Origin: Granulicella sp.
GTDB lineage: Bacteria > Acidobacteriota > Terriglobia > Terriglobales > Acidobacteriaceae
Direction: 5' to 3'
NCBI GenBank assembly: GCA_027339965.1
Contig: DAHWNL010000015.1
Coordinates: 45,000-108,999, forward strand
DNA length: 64,000 nucleotides
The notes beneath the pieces are model-generated. The model had not been told where the DNA came from. It ran no database searches and worked only from the letters and a program-made list of their open reading frames with translations. Both the position numbers and the translations under genes were made by a program. Shown one piece after another: positions 1 to 10,018 of this stretch. Position 1 is the first letter of the stretch; each line of letters starts with the position of its first letter.

Positions 1-714
1 CGGGATCCCCGCGAGAGGCTGGCCGCCGGGTTCTACCAGCAACACGTGCAGCGCCATGGGCGCCACGTGGTCGAGCAGGGTGCGGCGCTGCTGGGCGAGG
101 CCTGCGGCGTAGCGTTGGAGTTGGCGCCGGTGACTCTTCCCCATGAGGCATGGGCGGATCTCTGGGCGGCCGAGGTAGCAGGGGATGGGGTGAGCGAGCC
201 AAGACGCCTGTGCGTGCTGGCTGCGGGAGGCGGGTGGAAGGCCAAACAGTGGCCGGCGGCGCGCTACGCAGAACTGGCTGTCCGGCTGCGTTCGATGGGT
301 ATGGATGTGGTGGTCAACGCGGCCAGCCAGGATGATCCCGTAGCAGCCGAGGTGGTCGCCGCCGGCGCAGGAGCCGCGCGAGCCGTGGTCTGTGACGTGA
401 CGGGACTGATCGCCTTGCTGCGCCGCGCCGTGCTGGTGATTGGTGGAGACTCCGGACCGGTGCATCTGGCCGCAGCCCTGGGCATTCCGTTGCTGGCCTT
501 GTTTGGACCGACCGATCCGGAGAGAAATGGGCCTTGGGGGCCCGGGCGTAGGGTTGTGTTGCGCGATCCAGCCTCCTTGACCAGTTACAAGCACGTCGCT
601 CACCTGGATCCAGGGTTGGCAAACTTGTCTGTGAGCGCGGTGCTGGACGGCGCGCAGCGCCTGATAGAGGCCGCTGGGCCAACGGATCTTCCGGATGGGC
701 GGAGTGGCCTTTAG
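1..714 (+). CDS. Glycosyltransferase family 9 (LPS heptosyltransferase-like), 5'-truncated by window edge
   Basis: Frame open from base 1; GT9 motifs 'GGGWKAKQWP' and 'GGDSGPVHLAAALGIPLLALFGPTDP'. Confidence 0.85.
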   Translation, partial: RDPRERLAAGFYQQHVQRHGRHVVEQGAALLGEACGVALELAPVTLPHEAWADLWAAEVAGDGVSEPRRLCVLAAGGGWKAKQWPAARYAELAVRLRSMGMDVVVNAASQDDPVAAEVVAAGAGAARAVVCDVTGLIALLRRAVLVIGGDSGPVHLAAALGIPLLALFGPTDPERNGPWGPGRRVVLRDPASLTSYKHVAHLDPGLANLSVSAVLDGAQRLIEAAGPTDLPDGRSGL

Positions 715-723
715 AATGACGGG

Positions 724-1314
724 ATGGGAGCAACCGGCGAGACCCAAGCCACGGTGCGAACAGGTTGGCAGAGGGTGGCGCGCAGGTTGCGTGTGCCGCT
801 GGGCTTTGCCGTGGCCGCAGTCTTTTTGATCTTCGCGCGGCCCAGCCGCCAGACGCTGGCCTGGAGTCTGCTATTGGTGATTCCCGGCCTGTGGCTGCGC
901 AGCTATGCGGCTGGCTATGTCAAGAAGAACGCGGAGTTGACGCGCACCGGGCCCTACGCCTATACGCGCAACCCGCTCTATTTGGGCTCCATGAGCATCG
1001 CAGCCGGCTTTGCGGTAGCGGCGGGACGGTGGTGGCTGGGGCTGTTGCTGGCAGTGATGTTCCTGGCCATCTATCTGCCGGTGATTCTCTCTGAGGAAAC
1101 TTATCTGCGGGGCGCATTTGCCTCCTTTGACGAGTATGCGCAGAAGGTCCCCCGGTTGCTGCCAAGGCTCACCCGGGCGCAATTTGTCGAAGTGGAGACG
1201 GAACAGGGCCGATTCTCGCCAGAACGTTACCGGCATCATCGCGAGTACAATGCCCTTATGGGCGCGGCCGCGATCTATGCTGCATTGACCGTGCGCATGC
1301 TGTTGCGACATTGA
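724..1314 (+). CDS. Isoprenylcysteine carboxylmethyltransferase / PEMT-family membrane methyltransferase
   Basis: Hydrophobic helices; 'LTRTGPYAYTRNPLYLGS' and 'EETYLRGAF...FDEYAQKVPRLLP'. Confidence 0.8.
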   Translation: MGATGETQATVRTGWQRVARRLRVPLGFAVAAVFLIFARPSRQTLAWSLLLVIPGLWLRSYAAGYVKKNAELTRTGPYAYTRNPLYLGSMSIAAGFAVAAGRWWLGLLLAVMFLAIYLPVILSEETYLRGAFASFDEYAQKVPRLLPRLTRAQFVEVETEQGRFSPERYRHHREYNALMGAAAIYAALTVRMLLRH

Positions 1315-1321
1315 ACCGCCG

Positions 1322-2278
1322 TTGTCAAAGCTCCAGGGAGATGATGATTTGACGGCCGCTTGGATGGCCCCTTGGCGGGTCTGGAGAGACTCGTTGGCGG
1401 GAATGGGCGGGAGGTTGGTTCTCGTCAGGGTTCCCTGCCTGCTCGGCTGGCGCCCGGCAGCGGCGCTCTCAAGCGCGGCGACTGCAGCGCTAGGGATGCT
1501 GTTGCTTGGCTGGATGCTGCCCCGGCAAGCCAACGCACAGTTTTTTACCCGGCCGGAGCCCCCCGCAGCGCAGCGCCAGATTCCAGTGCTTCAGCCGCCT
1601 CCAACCACATTCACCTATCCAGAGCATGAGACCCTGACCTACAGCGTCGATTGGCGGGTTTTCAAAACCGGGCTAGCTGTCTTCCACCTGGATCAAACGG
1701 GAGGAGTGCTGAAGATCGCGGCGACTGCGGATACGATTGGAGCGGTGAATCTGCTGTTTCCCGTGGTGGATGGCTTTCAGTCCGGCTTCAACGTGAAGAC
1801 GGGATGCTCAACGGGATTTGACAAGCAGACGCAGGAGGGCCGGCGCAAGATTGCCAGCGACCTGAGTTTTGATTATGCGAACGGCAAGCAGACCCTGAAT
1901 GAGCGCAACCTGGTGAAGGGTACACAGAAGGTCCTGGTCACCAACATCCCCGCCTGTGTCACCGATTCTCTCTCGGCGATGTTCTATGTGCAGTCACAGA
2001 ACCTGGAGCCAGGACAGACGTTTTACTTCCCCCTGGCCGATGCGATGCGAACCGTAACCGTGGGCATGAAGGTGGAGGGCCGCGAGGAGATCACCACGCC
2101 GGCCGGAACCTTTGAGACCATCAAGGTGCAGCCGACGGCCGATGAAGGCGTGGTGAAGAACCGGGGCAGCATCTGGATCTGGTACACCGATGACGACCGG
2201 CGGCTGCCCGTACAGATGCAGGCGCAACTGTTCTGGGGCACCATCACCTTCCATCTGCAGTCAGTTGCCTCAAATTAG
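1322..2278 (+). CDS. DUF3108-like exported beta-rich protein (true start probably 1394-1496)
   Basis: Signal-like segment ending ANA-Q; 'ETLTYSVDW', 'EEITTPAGTFETIKV', 'IWIWYTDDDRRLPVQM'. Confidence 0.7.
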   Translation: MSKLQGDDDLTAAWMAPWRVWRDSLAGMGGRLVLVRVPCLLGWRPAAALSSAATAALGMLLLGWMLPRQANAQFFTRPEPPAAQRQIPVLQPPPTTFTYPEHETLTYSVDWRVFKTGLAVFHLDQTGGVLKIAATADTIGAVNLLFPVVDGFQSGFNVKTGCSTGFDKQTQEGRRKIASDLSFDYANGKQTLNERNLVKGTQKVLVTNIPACVTDSLSAMFYVQSQNLEPGQTFYFPLADAMRTVTVGMKVEGREEITTPAGTFETIKVQPTADEGVVKNRGSIWIWYTDDDRRLPVQMQAQLFWGTITFHLQSVASN

Positions 2279-2402
2279 AAGCGCGCGGAGAATAGGGTGG
2301 TGCGAGGGACTCGCTGGGAAACATTCGTAGCTCCCATTGCGGAGCCAAGGGAGCTGGAGCCAGGGGCTGGAATCTGGGGCGCTTCAATGGAGGAGGTGAG
2401 CC

Positions 2403-2726
2403 ATGAACAACCAAGAGATCGGTAAAGAACCGGATGAGTTGGTAACGATCGCCGTATTTCCCGAGCCGTCAGAGGCGAACCTCGCGCGGTCCGAGTTGGA
2501 GGCAGTGGGGATTCCCGCATTTCTGCAGGGTGAGACGGCCAACAGCATGATTCCAGTGGCATTTGTCTCCCAGTTGCAGGTGTACGCGCGAGACGAAGTT
2601 GAGGCCCGCAAGCTCCTGGAGGCCATGGAGGAGGCTCCAGAGTCGATGGAGTCCGTGACTGCGGCGGAGATCGAGGCCGAGCAGGCCGCGGCCAAGCAAG
2701 ACACTCCAAAGGAGGAAAAGGGATGA
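2403..2726 (+). CDS. DUF2007-like small protein (putative signal-transducing protein)
   Basis: Strong RBS GGAGGAGG; 'EANLARSELEAVGIPAFLQGE...LQVYARDEVEARKLL'. Confidence 0.7.
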   Translation: MNNQEIGKEPDELVTIAVFPEPSEANLARSELEAVGIPAFLQGETANSMIPVAFVSQLQVYARDEVEARKLLEAMEEAPESMESVTAAEIEAEQAAAKQDTPKEEKG

Positions 2727-3481
2727 GCCGGCCACGCGCCGTCGTCTGTCTCTCCGGCGGCATGGATTCCACGGTCTGCGCGACGCTGGCCGCGCGAGAC
2801 TATGACTGCTTTGCGCTGCACTTCAGCTACGGACAGCGCACCCAGACGAGAGAGCTGCGCGCCTCTCGCGAGGTGGCGCAGGCGATAGGGTTGCGGGATC
2901 TGATGGTGCTGGAAACGGATCTGTTTCGCCGCATCGGGGGGTCTGCCTTGACCGATACTCGAATTGCTGTGCCCAGCGCCGGAGTCGAAGGGGAAGGTTC
3001 GGTGGACAGCCGAGCAGGATCCAGAGAGCGCGCGGCCGAGGAGATTCCAGTCACATATGTTCCTTTTCGGAACGCCCACTTCCTGAGCGCCGCCGTAAGC
3101 TGGGCTGAGGTTTTAGGCGCTGCCAGCGTATTCATCGGAGCTGTGGAGCAGGACAGCTCCGGTTATCCCGATTGCCGGCCGGCCTACTACGAAGCTTTCA
3201 ACGATCTGATCCGGAGGGGCACCAAACAGGGTGAGATCCGCGTGGTGACGCCACTGATTCAGATGAGAAAGCATGAGATTGTGCGGCTAGGAGTTGAATT
3301 GGGCGCTCCGTTGCATGTAAGTTGGTCATGCTACGCAGGCGAAACGGAGGCGTGCGGAGTTTGCGAAAGCTGCGACCTGCGGTTACGGGCTTTCGCAGCA
3401 GCCGGCGCCGATGACCCGATCCCTTACGCAACAGGCGTGGTAACCGGTCGCATTGCAAATGGTGTAAGAAATGCCCGTTAG
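2723..3481 (+). CDS. queC: 7-cyano-7-deazaguanine synthase
   Basis: 'SGGMDS' PP-loop, 'TYVPFRN', 'GYPDCR', 'SCY...CGVCESC'; ATGA overlap with the upstream gene. Confidence 0.95.
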   Translation: MSRPRAVVCLSGGMDSTVCATLAARDYDCFALHFSYGQRTQTRELRASREVAQAIGLRDLMVLETDLFRRIGGSALTDTRIAVPSAGVEGEGSVDSRAGSRERAAEEIPVTYVPFRNAHFLSAAVSWAEVLGAASVFIGAVEQDSSGYPDCRPAYYEAFNDLIRRGTKQGEIRVVTPLIQMRKHEIVRLGVELGAPLHVSWSCYAGETEACGVCESCDLRLRAFAAAGADDPIPYATGVVTGRIANGVRNAR

Positions 3482-3519
3482 TCGATGCAGCGCATCGGAC
3501 TGACCGTGAAAGAAGGACA

Positions 3520-4716
3520 ATGAGGATGATGAGAGCGAAGCGGAGTGCCTTTTTTGCCAGTCTGGCAGGTGTATTGGGTGTGGCGATCTTTGTGGCCACA
3601 CCCGTGTTGGCTCAGTCCGGGGCGACGGTGCATGGCCACGTGTCGAACCCCGCAGGGGAGAACTTTACCCCCGGCGAGGTGCAGTTCACCACGGACATGA
3701 CCGTCCCGTACAAGCAGGCCAAGATCAGCAACACGGCCCAGATTGATGCCAATGGAAACTACACGGCCACGGGTATCAAGCCTGGTCAGTACTTTGTCTA
3801 CGTTGTCCGGGGCAACATCGTTGCCGACCAATTGCAGTTGTCGATCACAGCATCACAGAAAGATGTGACGCTGGATGACGACATGTCGCGCGCTGCATAC
3901 CTGAAGGCAATGACTCCGGAACAGCGCAAGCAACTGGAAGAGTACAAGAAGAAGAACGCTGCGGTTGCTTCCGCCAACAAAGTGATTGCCAAGCTCAACA
4001 AGACGCTGGTCTCGGTGCGGGCAGACCTGAAGGCTGCCGCCCCCAACCAAGGTGATGTCAGCAAGGATGTGGATGAGATGAAGCAGGCGGTCGCCGTGAA
4101 GCCGGACGTGGGTCTGCTGTGGCTGACCTACGGCGATACGCTGATGGCGCAGGGACGGCATCTGAGCGCGGCGGACAAGAACGCGGGCAAGTCTCCGGCG
4201 GCTGATCCCGCCGTGACGCAGAATTTCAGCTCCGCCGTGGACGCCTACAACAAAGCAATTACCCTGGAGAAGGCGGCGACCAAACCCAACCCTGCAGCAT
4301 TGGGAGCGGACTATAACCAACTCGGCAACGCAATGATTGCCTCGGGCAAGAGCAGTGACGCCATACCCGACTTTGAAAGCGCGGCCGCAGCTGATCCAAC
4401 CAATGCGGGCATGTACTACAAGAACGAGGCCGCCGTGATGTACAACGCCGGAAACATGGATGGAGCGCTGGCTGCCGCCAACAAGGCGATCGCCGCGAGT
4501 CCAAACGATCCCTTGCCTTACTTCATCAAAGGTCAAGCCCTGGTGACCAAGGTGACGGTCGATCCAAAGACAAACAAGATGACTCCGCCTCCCGGGTGCA
4601 TTGAGGCCTACCAGAAGTTTCTGCAGTTGGCGCCCAACGATCCCAAGGTGCCTCAGGTGCAAGCGGTCTTGCAGAGCCTGGGTCAGTCGATCAGCAAATC
4701 CTACCGGGCGCACTAA
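3520..4716 (+). CDS. Exported protein with carboxypeptidase-regulatory-like N-domain and TPR repeats
   Basis: Signal peptide (VLA-Q); 'TVHGHVSNPAG...GNYTATGIKPGQY'; TPR-like helices ending 'YQKFLQLAPND'. Confidence 0.75.
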   Translation: MRMMRAKRSAFFASLAGVLGVAIFVATPVLAQSGATVHGHVSNPAGENFTPGEVQFTTDMTVPYKQAKISNTAQIDANGNYTATGIKPGQYFVYVVRGNIVADQLQLSITASQKDVTLDDDMSRAAYLKAMTPEQRKQLEEYKKKNAAVASANKVIAKLNKTLVSVRADLKAAAPNQGDVSKDVDEMKQAVAVKPDVGLLWLTYGDTLMAQGRHLSAADKNAGKSPAADPAVTQNFSSAVDAYNKAITLEKAATKPNPAALGADYNQLGNAMIASGKSSDAIPDFESAAAADPTNAGMYYKNEAAVMYNAGNMDGALAAANKAIAASPNDPLPYFIKGQALVTKVTVDPKTNKMTPPPGCIEAYQKFLQLAPNDPKVPQVQAVLQSLGQSISKSYRAH

Positions 4717-4886
4717 GGATCGGAACGTCTACCAAGTGGATCGCCGCAGAGCATGAAGTGGAGATGGACTGTGCAGCGATCCAGCGTGGAGCGTGCCGAT
4801 CGCACGCAGGAAGGTTCTCAACCTGGCGGTCGCCCCGGTCAGCAGCTTCTGGCCGGGGCGCTGTCGTCTTGGGGAGGAAAAGTGAT

Positions 4887-6173
4887 TTGGAGAAACTTCC
4901 GGGAATAGATCGGATTCTACCCTTCGAGGAGGCGTTGGCAGTAGTGCTCCGGCACGCGCAGGCCTTGCCGCACCCCCAGGCAGTGGAGGCGCTGGCGCTG
5001 AGCCGCGCTCGAGGGCGGGTGCTGGCTCGAGCCGTTGTTGCGGACCGGGATCAGCCGCCGTTTGACCGCGCGACCAGGGATGGATATGCGGTGCGGGCTG
5101 CGGATCTGGCAGAGACGACATCAGGAGAGCTGCGCGTCGTGGGGTCGCTTCGAGCCGGCGAGACTTGGAAGGGCGCTCCGCTGCGGACCGGCGAGGCCAT
5201 CGAGATCATGACCGGAGCAGGACTGCCGGAAGGAGCCGACGCCGTTGTGATGGTGGAGGATACGGCCTGGGGAAACGGTGGCTTGCGCTGGCAACGCGCC
5301 CTGCGAATGGGAGACAACGTGGTGCCAAGGGGCGCGGAGACCAGGGCCGGCTCCGTGGTGCTGGCGCAGGGCAGTCTGCTCGGTGGAGCGGAGATCGGCC
5401 TGGCCGCCAGTTGCGGGCAGGCGAAGCTTGAGGTGTTTGCCCAGCCGAGAGCCGCCATTGCCGCTACCGGCGACGAACTGGTGGAGTTGGATGAGCCCAT
5501 GGAGGGTGCGCAGATACGCAACTCCAACAGCTATGCGCTGGCGGCGCTGGTGGAGGCCTCCGGGGGCGTCGCCGAACGGCTGGCCACGGCGCGAGACTGC
5601 GTGGAAGATCTGCACGCCCGGGTCGTCGAGGGCTGCAAGGCCGACCTGCTGCTATTCACCGGCGGCGTCTCGATGGGCAAGTATGATCTGGTGGAGCAGG
5701 TACTGGAGAGTTGTGGAGCGGAGTTTTTCTTTACCGGCGCTCTGATTCAGCCAGGCAAGCCGATCGTCTTTGGACGGTTGCCCAAGCTGGGCGGGCTGCA
5801 GCGGGGGGAGTGGACGTACTTCTTCGGATTGCCGGGAAATCCAGTGTCGGCGCAGGTTTGTTTTCACCTGTTCGTCGCTCCTATGCTGCGCGCCCTGTGC
5901 GGACGAAAGGAGGTTGCGCCCCTGTTTGTGGAGGCTCGGCTGGTAGAGGCCGTGCAAGGAGGCTCTCGCGTGACGCGGTTTCTTCCTGCCCGGTTGAGTG
6001 GGGCCTGGGATGGAGCCAGAGTGCAGTTGGTGGGTTGGCAGGGTTCGGGAGACGTTGTGGCCAACGCGCGCGGAAACGGCTACGCTGTGCTGCCCGCGGG
6101 GCTACCTGCGAGGGTGACTGCCGGAATAGACGGGTTCGCCGCCGGTGAGACAGTGCGTGTGCTGCTGCGTTAG
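4887..6173 (+). CDS. moeA: Molybdopterin molybdotransferase
   Basis: 'PPFDRATRDGYA', 'IMTGAGLPEGADAVVMVE', 'TGDEL', 'TGGVSMG', 'GLPGNPVS'; TTG start after GGAGG. Confidence 0.93.
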   Translation: MEKLPGIDRILPFEEALAVVLRHAQALPHPQAVEALALSRARGRVLARAVVADRDQPPFDRATRDGYAVRAADLAETTSGELRVVGSLRAGETWKGAPLRTGEAIEIMTGAGLPEGADAVVMVEDTAWGNGGLRWQRALRMGDNVVPRGAETRAGSVVLAQGSLLGGAEIGLAASCGQAKLEVFAQPRAAIAATGDELVELDEPMEGAQIRNSNSYALAALVEASGGVAERLATARDCVEDLHARVVEGCKADLLLFTGGVSMGKYDLVEQVLESCGAEFFFTGALIQPGKPIVFGRLPKLGGLQRGEWTYFFGLPGNPVSAQVCFHLFVAPMLRALCGRKEVAPLFVEARLVEAVQGGSRVTRFLPARLSGAWDGARVQLVGWQGSGDVVANARGNGYAVLPAGLPARVTAGIDGFAAGETVRVLLR

Positions 6174-6336
6174 AGATTTTTCCACGCAGGGTCTCTCCCG
6201 GCGCTACGGCTTTCAGTGGCCCTCTCTTCAAGATTCGGGTCTCCGGAACGCTTGCCTGTCGAGTTGGAATGAAGACTCTGCGACAAGCCCGCCTCGGAAA
6301 AACCATTTGCACCGGAAAAACGATAGGATGGCCGCT

Positions 6337-6816
6337 ATGAGCGAAAAATTGTCGCACTTCGATGAGGCCGGGCAGGCGCGCATGGTGGATGTGGGCTCCA
6401 AGCCGCCCACCCGCCGGGAGGCCATCGCCAGGGCGTTTGTCGAGCTGAAGGAAGAGGTTCTGGCAGCGCTGCCGCAAAATCCGAAGGGAGACCCGTTGCA
6501 GGTGGCTCGTTTTGCCGGAATCCAGGCGGCCAAGCGGACCAGCGAGTTGATTCCGATGTGCCATCCGCTGGCGCTGAGCTTCGTGAACGTCGAGGCCGGG
6601 GTGGTTGCCGGTGGGGTGGAGATTCGGGCAACGGCGGCGACAGTGGCCGGCACCGGGGTGGAGATGGAAGCCATGACGGCGGCTGCAGTGGCGGCGCTTA
6701 CGGTCTATGACATGACCAAAGCTCTGGATAAGGGCATTCGGATTCGGGAGGTGGCGTTGGTCGCCAAGAGCGGCGGCAAGAGCGGCGGCAAGAGCGGGGA
6801 TTACCGGCGACCGTGA
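6337..6816 (+). CDS. moaC: Cyclic pyranopterin monophosphate synthase
   Basis: 'LSHFDEAGQARMVDV', 'LIPMCHP', 'GVEMEAM', 'YDMTKA', C-terminal KSGGKSG. Confidence 0.95.
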   Translation: MSEKLSHFDEAGQARMVDVGSKPPTRREAIARAFVELKEEVLAALPQNPKGDPLQVARFAGIQAAKRTSELIPMCHPLALSFVNVEAGVVAGGVEIRATAATVAGTGVEMEAMTAAAVAALTVYDMTKALDKGIRIREVALVAKSGGKSGGKSGDYRRP

Positions 6817-6917
6817 TCCTGCCGCGCGAGCCATGGCGCAGGCCTATTGTGCCGCAGCCATTCCGTCGCCAGGTTCTGAAAGCCCGGAAAGGGATGACGG
6901 CTGAGACCCTTCCGCAT

Positions 6918-8057
6918 CTACCGAGCGTGGGCCAGGATGAGGCAGAAGGCGCCGTCGGAGTCCTGGAAGCTGCGCCGGGGATGGAAGCCGGCGCGAATGA
7001 GCAGATCGTCCAGGACTCCGCTGCGGAACTTGTAGCTGTTCTCCGTATGGATCGTCTCCCCGGCTGCGAAGGGGATGCGGTGCGGTTGTCCCCCGGCGGG
7101 GATCTCAATGGTCTGGCGGATGCGACTCTGCAGATGCATCTCGATGCGGCTCTCGGCAGTATTCCATCGAGCGAGGTGCTGGAAGCTGCTGGGAGTGAAG
7201 TTGGCCCCCAGCTCGCGATTGAGACGGACGAGAATGTTGCGATTGAAGGCCGCAGTGACGCCGGCGGCATCATCGTAGGCGCGGAGAATGGTCGAGACCG
7301 GTTTGCGGTTGTTAGGAGCCAGATCGGCGCCGAGCAGAAGAGCGTCCTTGCGCTGAAGGCGGGAGCGTAGACGGACGAGAATCTCTTCTGCCTCGACTGG
7401 AGAGAAGTTGCCGATGCTGGATCCGATCCAGAGAACCAGCCTGCGAGGCCGGAGAGTGGCGCTGAACGAGGATCTCTGTGCCGCGAAAGACCCGTGCGGG
7501 GCAACGTTTTGGGCAGGCTTCAGGGAGTAGTTCCCACTGACGTAGTTGGCGGCCTGGGGTAGTACCGTGAGGCCGGGCATGGCGGCGGTGAGGGCCTCAG
7601 CGGCCTTGGCCATGGCGGTGGGGCTGACGTCGATGGGCTGATAGAGCAGCCGCGGTTGAACTTCGATCGCGGCCTGCAGCAGCAGGCCGGTTTTAGCGGA
7701 AGAACCTGCGCCGAGTTCCGCGATTGTAAAGGGAGTGGGTCGGGGGAGTGGAGCGTCGTGGACGCCGGGAAAGAGAAACTCACGCAGGATCTCCCTGGCG
7801 TGGGCCGCAAGCAGGGAGCGTTCGGTACGAGTGAGATAGTATTCGGGCAATTCGGTGATCTGCTCGAAGAGGTCAGAACCCTGCTGGTCATAGAAGAGCC
7901 ATGGAGGAAGGGATCGGGGCTGGGAGGTGAGTCCGCGGAGAGCCTCGTTACGGATGGCGTCCGCGAGGCTGTTCGGGCTCCCGTCTGGGCTCACGGCTGG
8001 GCCGCCATTTGGAAACACACTCCAAGCAGACTGATTGGCAGAGATCGAAGCCTTCAT
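6918..8057 (-). CDS. egtD: L-histidine N(alpha)-methyltransferase (ergothioneine biosynthesis)
   Basis: 'FEQITELPEYYLTRTE', 'ELGAGSSAKT', 'GSSIGNF', 'AYDDAAGVTAAFNRN', 'IHTENSYKF'; downstream of egtB. Confidence 0.92.
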   Translation of the reverse strand: MKASISANQSAWSVFPNGGPAVSPDGSPNSLADAIRNEALRGLTSQPRSLPPWLFYDQQGSDLFEQITELPEYYLTRTERSLLAAHAREILREFLFPGVHDAPLPRPTPFTIAELGAGSSAKTGLLLQAAIEVQPRLLYQPIDVSPTAMAKAAEALTAAMPGLTVLPQAANYVSGNYSLKPAQNVAPHGSFAAQRSSFSATLRPRRLVLWIGSSIGNFSPVEAEEILVRLRSRLQRKDALLLGADLAPNNRKPVSTILRAYDDAAGVTAAFNRNILVRLNRELGANFTPSSFQHLARWNTAESRIEMHLQSRIRQTIEIPAGGQPHRIPFAAGETIHTENSYKFRSGVLDDLLIRAGFHPRRSFQDSDGAFCLILAHAR

Positions 8058-8150
8058 CGTTAACCGACGCCTCGTCGAACAACAGGTTGGGGTGGGGAGA
8101 AGACGGAATCTCGCTCCCGGAGGAGAGCAGCCAATCCCAAGGGAGAAGCC

Positions 8151-9575
8151 CTATGAAGCATCGCGAGCCAGTCGCAAGCCGCTGAACTGCCAACGGGTGG
8201 AGGGCGAAAAGAAGTTGCGGTAGGTAGCACGGATGTGCGCCTCGGGAGTGACGCAGGAGCCGCCGCGGAGAACCATCTGGGAGCTCATGAACTTGCCGTT
8301 GTACTCCCCCAGAGCTCCTGGCAGAGGTCTGTAACCGGGATAGCCGGTGTAGGGCGATTGGGTCCACTCCCAGACATCGCCAAAGAGCTGTTGGGGCTCG
8401 CTGAGGCCGAAGGAGGCGGGTTGGGGATGAAGCTGTCCGGACTCGATGAAGTTTTGGGGGCTCCCTCCTGAGTCTGCCGCCCCCCCTGCAGAGGTTCTGC
8501 CCTGGCGGTTAGGGCCTTCTTCTACCCTGGACGCGACGTACTCCCACTCGAACTCGGTGGGCAGGCGATAGCCGGACCATCGGGCAAAGGCATCCGCCTC
8601 AAAGTAGCTGAGGTGACATACCGGAGTCTCCGAGAGCTGGCCCAGAGGGAGAAGACCACGCAGGGTGAAGACGCTCCATCCGGAGGGCGTGGAGGAGTCC
8701 CCCACCCAGTAGAGGGGGGCCTGCCAGGCGTTGGCCTGGACGGCGTCCCAGCCCTCGGAGAGCCAGAGTTCGGGACGGGCATAGCCGTCGTCTTCAATAA
8801 AGGCGAGATATTCAGCGCAGGTGACCTCGCGCGAGGCCAGATGAAAGGGCGCCAGGTACACGCGGTGACGGGGGGTCTCATTGTCGAAGACGAAGGCATG
8901 AAGCTCATGCGGGTCGAGATTGGCTCCGATCTCCACGATGCCGGGGCGGAGTGGCGACCCCGGGGTGAAGCTGAGCCAAAGCAACGGCGGTGCCATGGCT
9001 TCGGCGAGACCAGCGCCGCTGAGGCCACCGGCGGCGGATTCGGAGCGATGACGAGCGGTGCCGTAGGCCGGGCGGAGCGGGTTGGTGAAGAAAGCGTGCT
9101 TGATGTCGGTAGCTGCCAACTCCAGATGCTGCTGTTCATGCTCGATGCCCAGGACGATGCGGCGCTGGGACTCGTCATCCGGGATACAGCAGAGCAGACG
9201 CTCGATCGCGGCATCCACGTGGCGGCGATAGGCCAGGATCTGCTCCAGAGAGGGTCGGGAGAAGGAGGAGCGCAGCTTCTTCTCCGGCATCTCTCCCAGG
9301 GCGCGGTAATAGGAGTTGAACAGAAAGCGGAAGCGGGGATCAAAGGGCTGGTAACCGGCAATAAACTCGCAGAGGACAAAAGCTTCAAAAAACCATGTGG
9401 TGTGGGCCAAATGCCACTTGACTGGAGAGGCCTCCGAGCAGGATTGCACCATCATGTCCTCCGGGGACAGAGGAGCGGTGAAGCGGAGGGTAGCTTCGCG
9501 CACGGAGCGGAAGCGGTCAAGCAGCGCAGCAGTGCGGGCGTTCTGGGCGGAGGGATGCATTGGCTGGGTTTGCAT
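8151..9575 (-). CDS. egtB: Ergothioneine sulfoxide synthase (DinB + FGE-sulfatase domains)
   Basis: 'SPVKWHLAHTTWFFE', 'FNSYY', iron motif 'HEQQH', 'GEYNGKFM', 'RGGSC...RATYRNFF'. Confidence 0.92.
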   Translation of the reverse strand: MQTQPMHPSAQNARTAALLDRFRSVREATLRFTAPLSPEDMMVQSCSEASPVKWHLAHTTWFFEAFVLCEFIAGYQPFDPRFRFLFNSYYRALGEMPEKKLRSSFSRPSLEQILAYRRHVDAAIERLLCCIPDDESQRRIVLGIEHEQQHLELAATDIKHAFFTNPLRPAYGTARHRSESAAGGLSGAGLAEAMAPPLLWLSFTPGSPLRPGIVEIGANLDPHELHAFVFDNETPRHRVYLAPFHLASREVTCAEYLAFIEDDGYARPELWLSEGWDAVQANAWQAPLYWVGDSSTPSGWSVFTLRGLLPLGQLSETPVCHLSYFEADAFARWSGYRLPTEFEWEYVASRVEEGPNRQGRTSAGGAADSGGSPQNFIESGQLHPQPASFGLSEPQQLFGDVWEWTQSPYTGYPGYRPLPGALGEYNGKFMSSQMVLRGGSCVTPEAHIRATYRNFFSPSTRWQFSGLRLARDAS

Positions 9576-10018
9576 AGATTAACTCCAGTTCCGGTTGAAT
9601 GCTTCTTCCACTCGATGCGGCGCTGGCAGGAGCGCTTCACAAAGAGCCAACTCTCCAGGAGCGGAGATGCTCGGCGAGCGCGGCGTCGTTGCAATGGCGG
9701 CAGCGCCGAAGCGCGGCGATCAGCGTGTACGGAGATGTGACAAGATGGTGCGCTGGAAGTTCCAAGGAGGTGGTGAGCCGACATTCGAAGGAGACACAGC
9801 CATAGCTCTACCTGGTTCGAAGATCGAGGTCAAGAGATCGATAGCGTGGGCAACCATCGCGGAGCCGTTGGAGTCGCTCAGGAAGGGCTGCTCTCAGATT
9901 CCAGTTTACTGAACCCTGCCGGGAGCAAGTGAGAATTTTTGATGCCACATGCGTCTTCTGCGCGGCGATGCCGTCTTTGAAGTTATGGAAGCCGAACCGG
10001 CGGGAGAAGGAGCTTGAG

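Noticed and set aside
2280..4886. preQ1 riboswitch before queC or Moco riboswitch before moeA
   Set aside because: No recognisable consensus by eye; only a simple hairpin near 4831-4860.
4887..9575. Functional link of moeA/moaC with egtBD (Mo-dependent ergothioneine synthesis), or a selenoneine cluster
   Set aside because: The genes are convergent, EgtB is the iron/O2 type, and no molybdoenzyme or senB/senC is present.
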